Of a stretch of DNA of 64,000 nucleotides, positions 27,426 to 41,647 are shown piece after piece (positions within the stretch are counted from its first letter, which is position 1; each line of letters starts with the position of its first letter). Under the pieces are notes generated by a model, which had not been told where the DNA came from, did not search any database, and saw only the letters and a program-made list of their open reading frames with translations. The DNA is from Iphione sp. A-MEVVRFRX5 (Eukaryota): contig OZ320320.1 in the NCBI GenBank assembly GCA_976226885.1, positions 31,558,001 through 31,622,000 of the forward strand, written 5' to 3'. The translations under genes and the position numbers were made by a program.

Positions 27426-30400
27426 CCAAAACGATATTTGGACCTAGAGACAAATAAAGCAGGGGACAATGGCGAGAATATCCTCTTATTCTATCAGTGA
27501 TTAATTAGCTCTAATAATGCGCACGTCCACTGCCGACCCAGCTCTACAGGTTCCTATCATTTCCTTCTCGCGGTAATGACTGCCGCCGGGACTTCCTTCT
27601 TCCGCTAACGAATGCCTCTGGGAGTCCTCGTGCCTGTTGTTCAATGGGGATAGACTATTACTTAGCGCTGCCCTAACCATTGATTCTACTTACTCTGGTT
27701 AATGGAATCGCGAGTAGTAAACAACGAGATGCATCGACACATCGTGCCAGGTTATAAAACGAGCGGCTTCGTTATAGTGGTCCCAGGTTGGCTCAGATGA
27801 AGTCGAAGGAATGGTCCTTCTTATCTGTAGGCTGTCAGTTCCATTCATCAAGAGGCCTATCCTGGTCTGATGGTTTTTTTGTAACTCTTCTAACGAATAG
27901 GAACAATTATTGTTCTGTATGATTTTTACCAATACTTATAAATGAAGGTTATTACACTTTCTGACAAGTCAATGGCATACTGCCTCGAGTATTGTTCCAG
28001 ACACAATCCTTAAACAAATTCCGAAACCGATGCTCGTATTCAGTCTCAAACTGTTCGTATTCCAGGTCCATGGTCATTTAAGAATATGATATAACTGTGC
28101 AGTTCTATCTACATGGCGATTTCTAGCTTTTGTCTGCCAACGGCGTGGCATCGCACCATAATAATTCGAAGACATCAGAGGAAAATTGGATTTCTGAGCG
28201 GCTAAATTTTGATCTGGTTTAAGCTAGGTATGTGTATGGCGCTCGGTAATGAGTCTTTCAGAATATAAGGCAAGGAAGCCAGATGAGTAAGCGGAGCCGC
28301 TAAATGCTCCTGACAGCTATTTATCTAAGCGGAAGATGAAGGTCTGTAAAAAGGCATGAAGCGCTTGCAATTGTCTCAGACACTCATCCAATCTTCTTTC
28401 AATGGAGCCCTGACATAGAGCTGTCCAATTCAGTTTGCCTCTTAGCCCTCCGATGAGTCGTTCATACTGATATCGAAGATGTATTATACTAGGACGGGAA
28501 CCTACGCACGATTACTCGGATACGATGAAATATTTACCTGTGAATTTCACTCTGTTCTTTTATTTGCAATGTGTTTGTGTACGCGTTTGTGCGCATGTTT
28601 GTTTCAGTGTTTTTTAATGTGATGGTGAACAAATGCTTCTCCTTTTTACCTTTTCTAAATGCTCTTCACGAAGTGACATCCATGCTCACACTTCTCTCCC
28701 TGTAAATGGTGCTTTTTAGCCAGGCAAGATGCTTCTTCTCTGCTTTCTCCCTTTCATTTTCGTTCCGGGAAACTTAAAGGATTTTGCACATCGTATCTTT
28801 CTACTCGACCTCCTTTTGTTTACCTTCCACTTACACTTCCCTAACCTAGCCACCTTCACATTTCGCGCCCTCGCTACAACCCAGCAATCTCCATATCAAT
28901 CATACAACATTTTTCCCATATTTCGTCGATCAACCTCCCTCTTTAGCCAACAGTTCCGTTGTCTACCCCTCTAATTTCACCTCAGTATTATGCTAATCTG
29001 TGTTTCTCTTCTTCGTCAATTCTACACGCCCATTAACTCTCAAGCAATCAATCAGAACAAACGCATTTGTCACTGTCCGTTTCGCTTCCTAAATGCCAAG
29101 TACATTCCCGTTGCCATCCAACCATTACGTTTTCTGCTGATCTACCTTTTCCCGTCCGCCCATGACCATGTCCATTATGGTAACATTTCTTACTCCTTCG
29201 CTCAAACCCACCTTCTCTTGCACCTTCTTTTCTCATCGCGCACGTCTCTCATTTCCTCTCTCGTACCATATTGCATGTACCTGGTCACCGAAAGATCATT
29301 TTATCCTCTATGCTCGGCGGTTTCGTAAAGATGTCTATATGTCCATGCAGTCGTCTCTAAGATCCCTGCACTTCCTAGGTTCTTTCTCATCAATCCCCCT
29401 CGAGTACCCTCGGCGTTTCTTATCCAGTTTTCCTACCCTCATCTGTACCCCGCCCCCCCACCCGCCACACACTCAACCTCCATCACCTGCTGCCACATCG
29501 TCCACCTTTCTGACAGGTCCAGTCTGCCCCCTATTCTTAACACACCTGATGTCCAATGTCCATTAGCGCCGCACGGTGGTAGGCCTACATCTCCTGGGTC
29601 AGGCAAGCAGCCGATCTGACGGCCTTTCTGTCAACATTGACATTAGCAAGTGTCAACCGTCGATCCTTCCCACCCCAGGAGCATGGAGGCAGTCTTTGTT
29701 TACTACCGCGGGGCTCCATCGACCACCACCGCAGCTTAAAGAACACGTATGCAAGGGCCACTGCATACCTCTGCATGTGAACTTGTTTATCATGTGGAGG
29801 CATGTTATGTACGTGGTTCACGTTTAACAACTGTTTTTTCCCTTCTTCTTCCTACGTAAAGACCTCAGAGTATTGCATCATCTGAATTTTAACGCTACTT
29901 GAATTTGTTTTCTTCTTCAGACAACTCTATCATTTATTTGAAAGAATGATATTTCGATCTAACCGATGGATTCGAATAAACGTGGCGGGACGTCATTTGT
30001 ACTCCTGCCGAAATCCATTGATACGTTTACATGTCACTGCTTCGGAAAATGATTGACAAAGAATTATAATCAATGGATGCGTAGTTATCTCTTCTAGATA
30101 CCTTAAGCATTGGAGACATTCCTAGGCTGGGGACACCTTTGACCAAAACTAGATTTTATATTTGCTGAAGGAAATCACGTTTTTCGAGCTAGAAGCTGGC
30201 AGATTCAAAATTCTCGGGACATGGTTTAATCCTTACACTGTTGAAATCATTTTTCTGCTAATTATAAAAAGTTTTAAGGGGGGTTTTACTTGAAATCTGA
30301 AGTAAATGAAGACCAAAGTGAATATTCAATTATAAAAATTATGTAAAAAGCAAACTGCAGTAAAACACTTACATGTTTTTGGAAGCTCATAGACGTAGAA

Positions 30401-33400
30401 TAGATGCATAAAACAACGAATTTCAAAGGAAAAAGTACAATGCTTATATTATTATCTGGTCTTATATCTTACGCATTGTGAGCGGTGACAAGATGTTACC
30501 TAGTCCCTAAAAGATCGAAAATAAAAATCACGTGCGCTTCGGGGGCCAATATATCTCCAACCAGTCAGGACTAGCCATTATGTTCTCCTACACACGTAGC
30601 ACCATGTCTTTGAAAATAATTCAGGCCGTTTCTGCTCCAACTGGAAAATCCTCGAATGCAGTAGCAGAATTTCCTGTACAGTTGAGCCTCACAAAGGATA
30701 CCAAGCTTGGGACTGGCTGATTTGGGTCTCTCCTGAGAGATGGTCACCCTTGTGAAGCAATTCGTGCCTCTTCCAAATGTGGGAGGTGAGGTCATGCCTC
30801 TCTAGGGCGTTGAAACCTGTCAAACAAACCAGAATTCACACCTCTTCGAGGTGTAAGTCGTGAGGTCCTAGGTGTGGGGAACAAGGTCATACCTCTCCAG
30901 GGTGTTGAAACCCTTCAAACAAGCAATGTATGGTACTAAAGTTTGGTAGATTCTGACCAATTTGGGTCTCTCCCCTGGTTTGGTCTCCCCTGTGAAATAG
31001 TCTTTAACCGAGTCTCCACTATATAAACAACAACGAATTAAAAGCAGTTTTTTAGCTAAACAAGCGGCGTAATCATGTCCAAAAGAGCAAACCCTAAAAA
31101 TATGCTTAACTACTCCAGTGACTGCTTAAGCTGCTCCTTCCTATAACATTTCTTAGTATTTCATGGTGTCTAATTCTCTAACAAGCCGGCATCTAACAAC
31201 CGAACTTTCGTTGAGCAACCGGAATAATATCTATGAATGTTTTAAATCATAGCACCTTACTGTATCATGGCCTTGATTTGCCAATGAGGGTGCATGTTTG
31301 TGACAAAAAAACTCACATGACGTGGTATTTGGGTTCGACAAAACATCAACTAACAGCGTTGTCCATCCACATCAAACAAGATTTCCCGGACAATAGTTTC
31401 TTGGTTTTTTATACGTGTCTTGCCATGCACAACCAACTCTCTGGCCTCCATCGAAAATACATGAAGAACACTTTGCCGGTCATCAGTGCAGAGTATCAAT
31501 GTGGGATCACTGCAATACATATTCTTCGAGAATCACATGTCCCCAATTGAAAGTATTCTCACACTTTTGTACTCAGCAATCTTCCACACGCTCTCCAGCC
31601 TGAGGTACTATACTACTACCTTCCGCAGGTAGCGAAATCATACAATGTTATCTCAAGTAGGTAGGTTTTCCTTTAAGAAAAACAAGAACCTCTATTAAAT
31701 AAACCATTTTCTGATTTATCAACACAACTGTCTCTATAACGTATATGGTATTGGGTTTAATACCCGGTTGTCCTATTCTAAAAGAGAAACCAAACTATCA
31801 GTTGGATCAATACCACAAGTACTCTTGGAAACTCAATAGTTAATTTCCTTGGAGTATCCGCAGAGATAAACAGATTTAAGATAGAACTGAATGCTCATTC
31901 CCCGCTTCCGGGCTCCAAGAATCAGCCCAAGTGGACTGTCACATTGAGAACCACTGGTTGACAGATCACCAATCAAAATTTAATTTGGTGAAAACATTTT
32001 CTTGATTGTATGAGCGCAGCAGCGCATTTCGTACAGATGTTTACCGAAAGAAAACAGTCGCCGTGTTTCCTGGAAATGTCTTCAGCCACCTGGGCCGCTG
32101 TCATGTAGAAGACATTGTTTTCCACTTTAATTCTCGATTAAAAATACCAGTCACTTCGTTTTTATTTCATGAACTTCTCGGTGAAAATCATAAAACTATG
32201 AATATGATCAAAACGTGTATCTGCATATAACAATTAGGACTGTCAGAGAAGACAAAACCGTCAGTAGTCAAGGCAATTACAAAATAGTGTGGGCACTTGA
32301 ATCTGCAGGTGCAAGCTATGTGAAGGCTTGTGTCACTGGATGATTCAATAGAAAACTGACGATTTGTTCTACTGTTGCCTATTCATATACCCTGTGTAGT
32401 TCAAAGTGCTATCCCCATGTATGTGGATTTCTATCTGCCACCAGTGGTGTTGTGGGGACTGCATGGACCTCCCCGCCATCTGACACAGGGCTCATCCCCA
32501 TGTACATGGGTTATCCAAACTATCTTTATTGTTCTTCTTACATGTCAGGAGTATACCTAACATATGTTAGATTCTTGAAAATTAATGGTTTTGTTGAAAG
32601 TGATACATATCTGTGAAAATTTTGTGGTTTTCTGTTGAAAGTGAGCCATTTTAGTGGACATTTTGCAGCTTTTTTTTGAAAGTAAGACACACTGGATGAA
32701 ATTTTCGGCATTTCATGGAAATGATCTGCAAATGTAACATTAAATATATTACATATGTTTTGCACCTGGTAGATGTCTTTTCCTAGCATGCACAAGGTGG
32801 CAGGGTCTGGGTGGAACCCTCCTTCACTGATCGGTCTGCATGCACTAGGTGGCAGGTAGGGGAAGTACATATGCATGGGCATAATTGTACTCGATTGCAT
32901 TGGGGAGGTCCTTCTACTGTCTATGCACAGAGTGACGGTAGTGGAAGCTCTACATACACGGGGATAGTGCTTAAGCTAATTGAAAAAGTATCAATTTGGG
33001 ATTGCAGATTGTGCATTTCTTCAACTAACTCTCTAACCCCTGAGTATCTATCTTCCCTATACCTTCACTGCGCTATTGCAAAAAGAATCTTATGCATGGC
33101 TAATATTAAAACCCTGCGAGAACAATGTAAATATATATTTCAGCGTTGTATATTTTCCAAAAAATGACATCATGGTTTTGCTGTAAAGTCAAGTGGAATG
33201 GTCTACGCAGGTACATTGTATAGTGCCACAATGCCTTCAAGCATTTATTCCACAACTGCCACTTCCTTTCATACTTTCAAAAGCAGAAAGTAAATCATAT
33301 TTTCAAATTGTGAAATAACAGTACACTAAGAAAATCTTTGGGATCCGGAAGCCAGAGGCCTTAGTACACACACACACACACATGAGTGCAAACTGAGTGC

Positions 33401-36400
33401 ATTTGAAACACAAATCCGACATCACAACGTTCTGCGGGCTGCCTTGGCGATTCAGAAAGCCCAGAAGTTAAAGGAATACGCTCGTAATTTAGACACGCTA
33501 TCATGGGAAAACACCGACCCTCAACCAGACGGACACGCACATTCACACGCTCATGTGTTCTTTCGGTCTCTTACTAACACACACGCACAGAATATCAGAT
33601 AAACAGTCTTCCGCACGCACATGTATACACACAGGAGCGTACATACGATCTCACGAACACACATGAATAGCCAAACATACACGCACATTTCCTGTGCTGA
33701 GACACACACCAAGTGGGTCCATTGCCACACGCAGGCGGAACCAACCGCCTCCTGCTCAAACCATCAACCGCTACGAACCACGCTCCCGCCCACCCACCTG
33801 CCCATACACCCACCCATCCGCCCACCGATCGGTCCTTGCGAGAGGCCCATTCATCAACTTCCATTACAGTCTGTCATTCCACGGTCCCGTGCGAACACCA
33901 ATGAGCACTGACGTTGACATGGTCATGCAACCAGGAAAGAAGGCGGAACCAGAAAAGCAAAGTCGGTAGTGGGAAAGGCAAGGAAATCGTAACTACATCG
34001 AATGGCTACCAATGGTGACCCTCGGACACCTGCACGCCGTCTATCGGCCGACTCGAGGACGAATGGCTTTGTGTGTGGCGTTTGTCTAAATGTCTAAATG
34101 TATGTGTCAATGACCTTTGTATTGGGTTCACATATTAACTTAATTTATCAAGGTCCTTTGAGAAACCAGCATGAATGTTATAGAGGCATTCAATGAAAAC
34201 GCAGCCATGTCAATTCTTCTTAACATGTTTCTCTGCAAATCTGTATCAATCTGCCATTTTCCATTATTCTTTCGGTATTTTAATAGGGCGCCCCCTTCTG
34301 TATGCTAATTGTATATAGCAAAAGATTTCATTGGAATAAAAAGGTCGCTTGATTTGTTATCAATCATCCCTTCAACGTATCTGTTACTGATATGGTACTG
34401 ACATGGTCTTATTTAAGTTCTCCATTTTGGAACGCATCTTAAAACCGGCAAGGTTAATTTCATGTATTCAATAGTTCTCTCCATTCTCCCCTCCCCCACT
34501 CAAAACCGGAAGTTGACCTTTCACCTCACATGTACGTTCCACTTTCTGTCTGTCTCTATATCTGTCTGTCTGTCTTTGTCTCTCTCTTTCACTTTTCTCT
34601 GGACATCTTTCCATTTACATCTACTTTTACTTTATCAGCTGTCTAATTCTTCATCGTCCTACTTTACATCCTATTCTTTCTTCTGTCTAGCAGTCCGCCC
34701 GCTGGTTCACCCACCTCCCGACGTAGCACTGGTCCCCATCCACCTCCTTCCCATAGTACATGTATCAGGTGTGCATGCATGGGCTGTCTCGTAAACAAAG
34801 CGCCATCTTCAAGGAGAAACCCCCTAACGGTATTAAGAATAAGGCGCAGATGGGTCCTCTACAAAAGCTTGGCAGCACTACCGTCGTACAAAGAATCGCT
34901 CAGAAACAAAATAATGCTTGCTCACTCCGACCCGCCTCCTGGTGAGCCATTCCAAGCGCCAGGTTGCTAGCTGCCCCCCCCTCCCAAAATAATGGCCAGG
35001 AGGAGAAATCAGCTCCACTGGTCCTTGGGCTTCTGGCAACGACCTGCTGCTCCCGGGCTCTATTCTTGAATAAAGGTATTCTTTTTTTGGAATGTGCCAT
35101 CGCTGCAGTTGTTCACACCCACAGTGTATGTTTGCTCAGGCTTATAGCAGCCTCTGGTCTTGTCGTTCCTTTTGTCTCTTGATCGTTCAAAAAACGAAAG
35201 TGGCTCATAGGGTGCTAAAAAGCAACGGTTTTTTAAACGATCATATGAGTACATTTTTAAGAAGATATGTATCAAGTCCTAAAATGCAGCCAAGGTTGAT
35301 GGATTGTCTCTATCAAAAAGATGCATTCTGGTGTAGCTTCAAGTATGTTATCGAAACCTTTCAGCATTTGGTCTTGTAGAAACCTGACGATTTACCTGAA
35401 TTGGAAATAGCTATGTACTTCTCGGTATACACGATGAAGAACTGACGATTTGCCAATTAAGACGAAAGCCTACATTTAAATGTACCAATAATATATTGCT
35501 GTTACATATATAGACATGAATAAGCTGGTCAGGGGGGAAATAATATGGCTGAATGTGAGTTAAACCTCAAAGTATGCGTTCGAGAATTTTGAGACAGAAA
35601 ATACGGGTAAACAGTAAAGAAATTAATTAATCTATAGAGCAACATAATATAGAGAGAACCCAGAAGCATTACTTGCTGGACGAAGGGAGGAGACAGACGT
35701 GGATAAATGAAAAAAAACTTAAACATGGTAGAGGGAAGCATCTAAATTAAGACTGTTGTAGAATGTAAGATTGCACTTTAGACTAGGAAGACGTAGGGGA
35801 AAACTAGTACAGCTAGCCAAGAGGCATTGCCATGCGGAAAAGTGGATACATAGACAGACGAATATTAGGCGAGAAGTCCAGTTTAGAGAGGGGAGGATGC
35901 AGAAATGGAGGAGTCGGTGAAAGAACATAGTGGGTAAAGTGGGATTCGCACAGAAACAGCGCCCAGTGGATTTGCTGTTATCAGACAGGACCAACAGATT
36001 TCTCTTGGTTGGAGTGTCCGAACTTAAGAGAAGGTTGTCTCTTCGCATATAGCGCGAATCTTAGCCTGCCACAAGCTCAGACGTAGCCCTGAGCCGTAAT
36101 AGGGTTAATGATGCTGATAGCCACCGACAGTAGTATCGACTAATCAGCTTGTAGTTCTGTAATCCACCGACAGTGTGTCTTACACGAGATACCATCGAGC
36201 GAGGGAGGTGAGGAGGGAGGGATGGGGGGGAACTTTCCCCTTCTCTGTTCGACTGTGTAGCGCCATCCAAATACATACGTAGATTTGTGCCGTGTGTAGG
36301 TTTTTTTTGCATTCGTTTGTACTGCGCAGGTTATACGAATGCTGTATTCATCGCTTTACTGCACGCTCACAGGGATTCACTATTAATGCCACCAGATTCC

Positions 36401-39400
36401 AAGAATAAAGGATTTGTGAATAGAATGCAAGAATAGAGGACATCCTTGAATAGAGGACATGCTTGTTTACATATCTTACGGCCTGAGTAAATGATATATT
36501 ACAGTTTTTGCACATATATACTGTAAAAAAAACTTCGTAAGTATAAATTCGATTGACATAAATATCCCTTATTATAAAGGGAAATACCTGGAGTACAGAA
36601 ATATAACTCTATCAATATGCTAACACTGGCCAAGGCCCTCACCATGTATTCATTACTATTCATTATTGTCCTACGACATAATGAAGTAATATACTTAAAT
36701 GTAATAGGGGCACAATATTGATATTGCGGCTGAAACTTGTAAGGAATATAGAGGATGCCATAGCATGGTGTGAATCGCAGGGCTTAGTTATGAATCCACA
36801 AAAGACACAATATATTCTCCTTCGTAAATCATCAATGTTTAAGCTGGATCTGGAAGTGTTAGGATTTACGTTAAGAAGGCAATTAGAGGTATCATTACTG
36901 GGTTATGTTATTGACCAAAACCTGAATTGAGCTGCTATGGAAAATCAGGTCGATAAAAAAGCTAGGCAGCGCTCCAAAGCTTTAGCCAAGGTGTCTCACT
37001 TGGTCAGGTTCAGAGACAGGGCAAATATGTTTAAAGCGTTTGTATGCCCAGTGTTCGTTTATGCCCTGTTCTGTCTTCAAGATACAAGTAAGAAGATAAG
37101 GGATGAAATCCAACTGGAATTTAATAAGTGCTTTCGTTCTGTTGATATGATAATCGTGGCATGCCCACTGTCCAAATGAAAAGGAAACTTAAGTTGGAAC
37201 TCTTGAAATCAGACGTCATCGCCTAACATTACAAATGATTGCAAGATTGTCTTCCCTGGGTACACTGACTAAGATAAGGCCATTGGTGTCAGTAAACAAG
37301 CCAAAAACATCACAATTTTGCCAACTCATTAATAAACGAGAGTTACTGTAGTTACTGGAATTGTCTAAGGCTAGAAATAAGAATGGAAACCAATGTTAAG
37401 AAAGCTGTAAAGGCGAGTAGAAAATTGAATGTCAACAATGGTGCTTGAAGCTGTTGTGCTGAAATTACGGTATTTAGCTTTTGAGTGATGTCTCTCGCAT
37501 GTTGTCTTTATCGATCCATGTACTATTTTTCCCGAATATTGGAAGATTTTCACACTACGTGAAAGATGTGAACAAACACTTATTCTATTCTATTCTATTG
37601 CAGTTGATGATACAAGGCCAGAGTTGTCCCAAGGCTTTGACGGCCGTAACTTTGGGCAAGAGTGAGGAACCTATATTCCATATTGCAAGGGCGCAATTAG
37701 GATCAGATCCGACCTTTAGTTTCTGTAAGAAAACCTAATAATGATTGATCAAAAGAAACAAAGTTGCTGTTCTCGAGTCCCGCTATCTGTCTACAAGATC
37801 ACCTGCCTTCACCACCCTAGAGGGAACACCTGCTGAGGCAACTGGGGCGGGAACAGGGGGCGGGTGGAAATGATGGTAGGGGGTAAGCAGGACATCCTGG
37901 CGGCTGTCAGTCCGTCCTCCCATTCGTCCTCCTCCTCCTCCTCCTACTCCTCCTCCTCCTCGTCCATATCAGATAAGAATGTGTCATGTACAGGGTTATG
38001 TTCATTGATCGTGCTCAGTGAACATCATACAGATGCTTTATGTAGGACGACGGCTTGATGTAGCTTGTAAGTAACGCCAGGGTTTATTTTCCTCTGATAT
38101 TCAGGGATGACGACTGATCACCGGATTTCCCAGAAGTCCCCACTGTCGTCTCCCAAGATATCAGTAGTTCCTACGTGCATAGGAATTATGCCTTGAGCAA
38201 GGCAAAGAATACACAATACATGACGTGCGTATTAAAATATTTTTCTCTCTGCCATACCGTTTTGCATATGAAGAATGTGAGTGGAGCATATCTGCTAACA
38301 GTTTTCATAACAGCAGGTCCCGAGGTCAACCCCAACTGTAGTTCAGTCGCGTTCATGTTAGTAATATCACCGTTTACCATAGGCTTGAAATGAACCCACA
38401 AAAGCCGAAAACGCGCAGCCGTTCGTTTATGTGCAGTCAGCAGTGTGAGATGTTGAGAAGTTTCCCCCGTCCTCATAGTGAGTTGGACTAAAGCGCTCCG
38501 TACAACAGTAATTGAGGAAGTATTAAGGTCATATGGATATGTACACGATTGTGTTACAGAATATTCATTAGATATGTACCACTTGGCTCATTTCGTGTCT
38601 TCGGAGACATCGACAAATGGCGATTTAGAAAATTAGTTTATGAGGCAGAGGTATATGGAGGATACCTTGCCCCCATCGGGCCATTCGGAGCGAAAAGATA
38701 ACTGGCAGGCTTGACTAAGTAATAACAATAATTGTTTTTATGATAACAATAATTTCTGTCAAGGCTTTATTTTGACTGGAAGTTGATATACAGTGAACGT
38801 ACATGGAGTATTTTACTTGTTTCTTTTCCCTACGAGTATGGCTGGTGATGGTGAATATGATTACTGAGATTGGATGACCGATGAAAGGTGAAATTGAAAG
38901 ATGAAAGTATGTATATACAGGTTGCTTTAATGATAATATTATTTTTCCCATTATCACTTACGCCACCATCAATATTACTTCTATCTAAATGTGACACTTG
39001 ACTTGTTTTGTGTCTCGTGAACAGCCCGTACAGTACTCCGAGGACTAAGAAAATAAATAAAATATAGACGTAGATGCTCATGTGGAACGCACCAGGACCA
39101 TATGAACACATTTAGAGCGAATCATAAAACATCATCTTGGCTGTCCCGCTTTAGGTAGAGATATATTTTTCATTTGGCAACATTATTGCCGTAAAGGATT
39201 TATATAGGAGAAGAGGTTCCGCCATGATAGAAAAAGTGGGCAGTAAGTTAAGGATTGACACGCACTACCACACAAACAAAGTAAGTACCTTCATCGACTC
39301 CGTTAATTACTCTCCTGTCATTAGTAATGATGTTCTTATCGTACTTCGTTTTCCCAATGATGAAAGATTGAGAGTTTATTTGTTTATGAGTATCCCAATA

Positions 39401-41599
39401 GAAACGATGCGCGAAAACATTGCACGAGAAAGGGAAACAAATGTCAACTTTACTCAAAGATAAACATACCCTTCAACCTTGGTAGTATCTAGAACTGATC
39501 TCCTTGTCCAAATCATTTTCACACTTTTAATGATGATTTATTTGAACAGTATTACCGGTCTGTCCTCCGCTTGTAAAAACAGTGGAAGGACTATCTAAAC
39601 ACATTACGTCGGCGAAAATGGCGTTGGATTCAGAGTCACGTATAACTATAGGGCTGGAACCTTAGCAGGCCTTCCCCGGGGGAGAATTTCCCCTGCCAAA
39701 CCAAATTTCCACCGATCTTTTATCGATCGTTTATAGCCCGACCGCTAAGCGCTGCCCCCGCACACCGGAAACCGTCGACCTGGCGACAACACGGTTCACT
39801 TCCGGTAAGCGAGCGGCTCGCGGATTGGGTCACGTGACCGAAGTTTCCCCTGGGAGCCGTGAGGTGGCGTGTCGGCCAGAGTTGAGGGAGGGTGATGGGC
39901 GAGAATTTCACGGTTGATTGATTTGATTTGTGCTACAGATTGGGCCCGTCTCTCCCTACCCCCGACCCAACCGGAAAACAGAGTAAACAACTGAGAGTCA
40001 AATGAACAGAAAACACTTCTAAGGGCTTGTTTTTACGTGTACATTGACGAATTCGAAGATAACACGAAATATTAAGGTTTTGCATCAAAAGCCCAAACTG
40101 TGCAAATATCTCCTACACGCGGTTTAAATGTAGCCAAAATAAATGTGGAAATTAATCAGGATATATTCCTTTTCATGCCTGAGAAGCTCTTGAGAAACGC
40201 ATCACCCTTAAATGGCAAAAACCTACCAACAATTTCCATAGAAATCCTAGGCCTAGTTAGTAAGGTCCCATATAAGGTGGCGAGCAATTAGGTCCTGAAA
40301 TTAGTCTTTTGGCATTGGAGATCCCCAGCGGCAGTTACCACACGCCACACAACGAATCAGTTGTCTTCTTGCGTTAAGTCCTGAAAATTTTCAACAAAAG
40401 CAAGCATAGCTTAGTGCCTCTCTCTCCAACTCTAAAGGCCGTATTAGGAGCCAATACTGTGCTGGGACCCGCCTGTCATACAATGTATTTGTTCACGGAC
40501 AATATGATCACGGAGTTGGTTAGCTAGATTGGCCTCCGGGGGAGTTGCAAGGGTGACAAATGAGTCACTCAACTTACTACTGATGGTCACAAAGCCAAGA
40601 GCATATGTCTAGTAGAAACTCTCCAGTGGGCCACTCTTAGTGGACAATTTGATCTCACCTCTCCAGCTGATCTCCTCAGAGGTTTGGCGATATTCATTTT
40701 AAATGAACATACATACATATATATATATGTATTTGGCTCTTGACGATTCGAGGGATGCTTTCCCATACTCGTAAGGCGGTATGTGGGTTTCGGCGGAATA
40801 CACATGCCTCTATGATTCATGTATGTCTATGCAATGAGGTGTCCTCACAGACGGGCTAATTGCGTTGGTACGTATCCTCGACGTATTCATCTGCTGTGTC
40901 TGTGTAGTTTCTGTTCGTGTTCTTCTGTGTATCTGCTTGTGTAGCTATAGCTTGTGAACTCTCAATGTCACCTTAAGGTCATTTCATCCGTCTCAGACCA
41001 AGAAGGGGCGCCAGAGTCGACAGGCGGTCGCAAGGGAGGGCCTTGACCCGACGCCGAGCACCTTCTGGTGGCCAATCATCGAGTTATGGGTTTCTCGCCA
41101 GCTGCATTTGGCGCTGCAGAGAGAGGCGTGTGTGTTTGGGGGGGGTGTTGACGGGTTGTCGCGTGTTAAACGAACGGGGAGGGAAAGTGTGCGAGGCCTT
41201 CTAGGGCTGGGGTCAGAGCAATTGACCAAACTAATTGGAACTAAATTGCTGCATTTATTTATTAAAATTGAGTTCTTTTCACAGTATTGAAAACAGTCGA
41301 GATGTTCCATTTTGCAAAAAGATATATAACTGTTCGTATTACATAGGCCTACAATGCATCCATTTCTGTCTTATTTTTTCCTACACCAGAAAAGCTGTTC
41401 TGTTTAGATGAACGTGTGTGAAATAGTTCCTCTTTATGGATTTGCCCCTCATTGTGTTATTGTCTCTGCCTTATGCATTTGTCTCTCTTTTTTAACGTGC
41501 TACCTTACTAAATCTCACTTTTTAATTTCTCATTCCCTTTACCTTATTTATTGCTCTTCATCGGCTCTCTCCCTCTCTCTCTTTCTCCCTCTCTCTCTG

Positions 41600-41647
<48 letters not shown>

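Noticed and set aside
27700-28520. Minus-strand fragments weakly similar to RT motifs (EHLAAPLTHL, AIDLSES)
   Set aside because: Too decayed to call a feature by eye.
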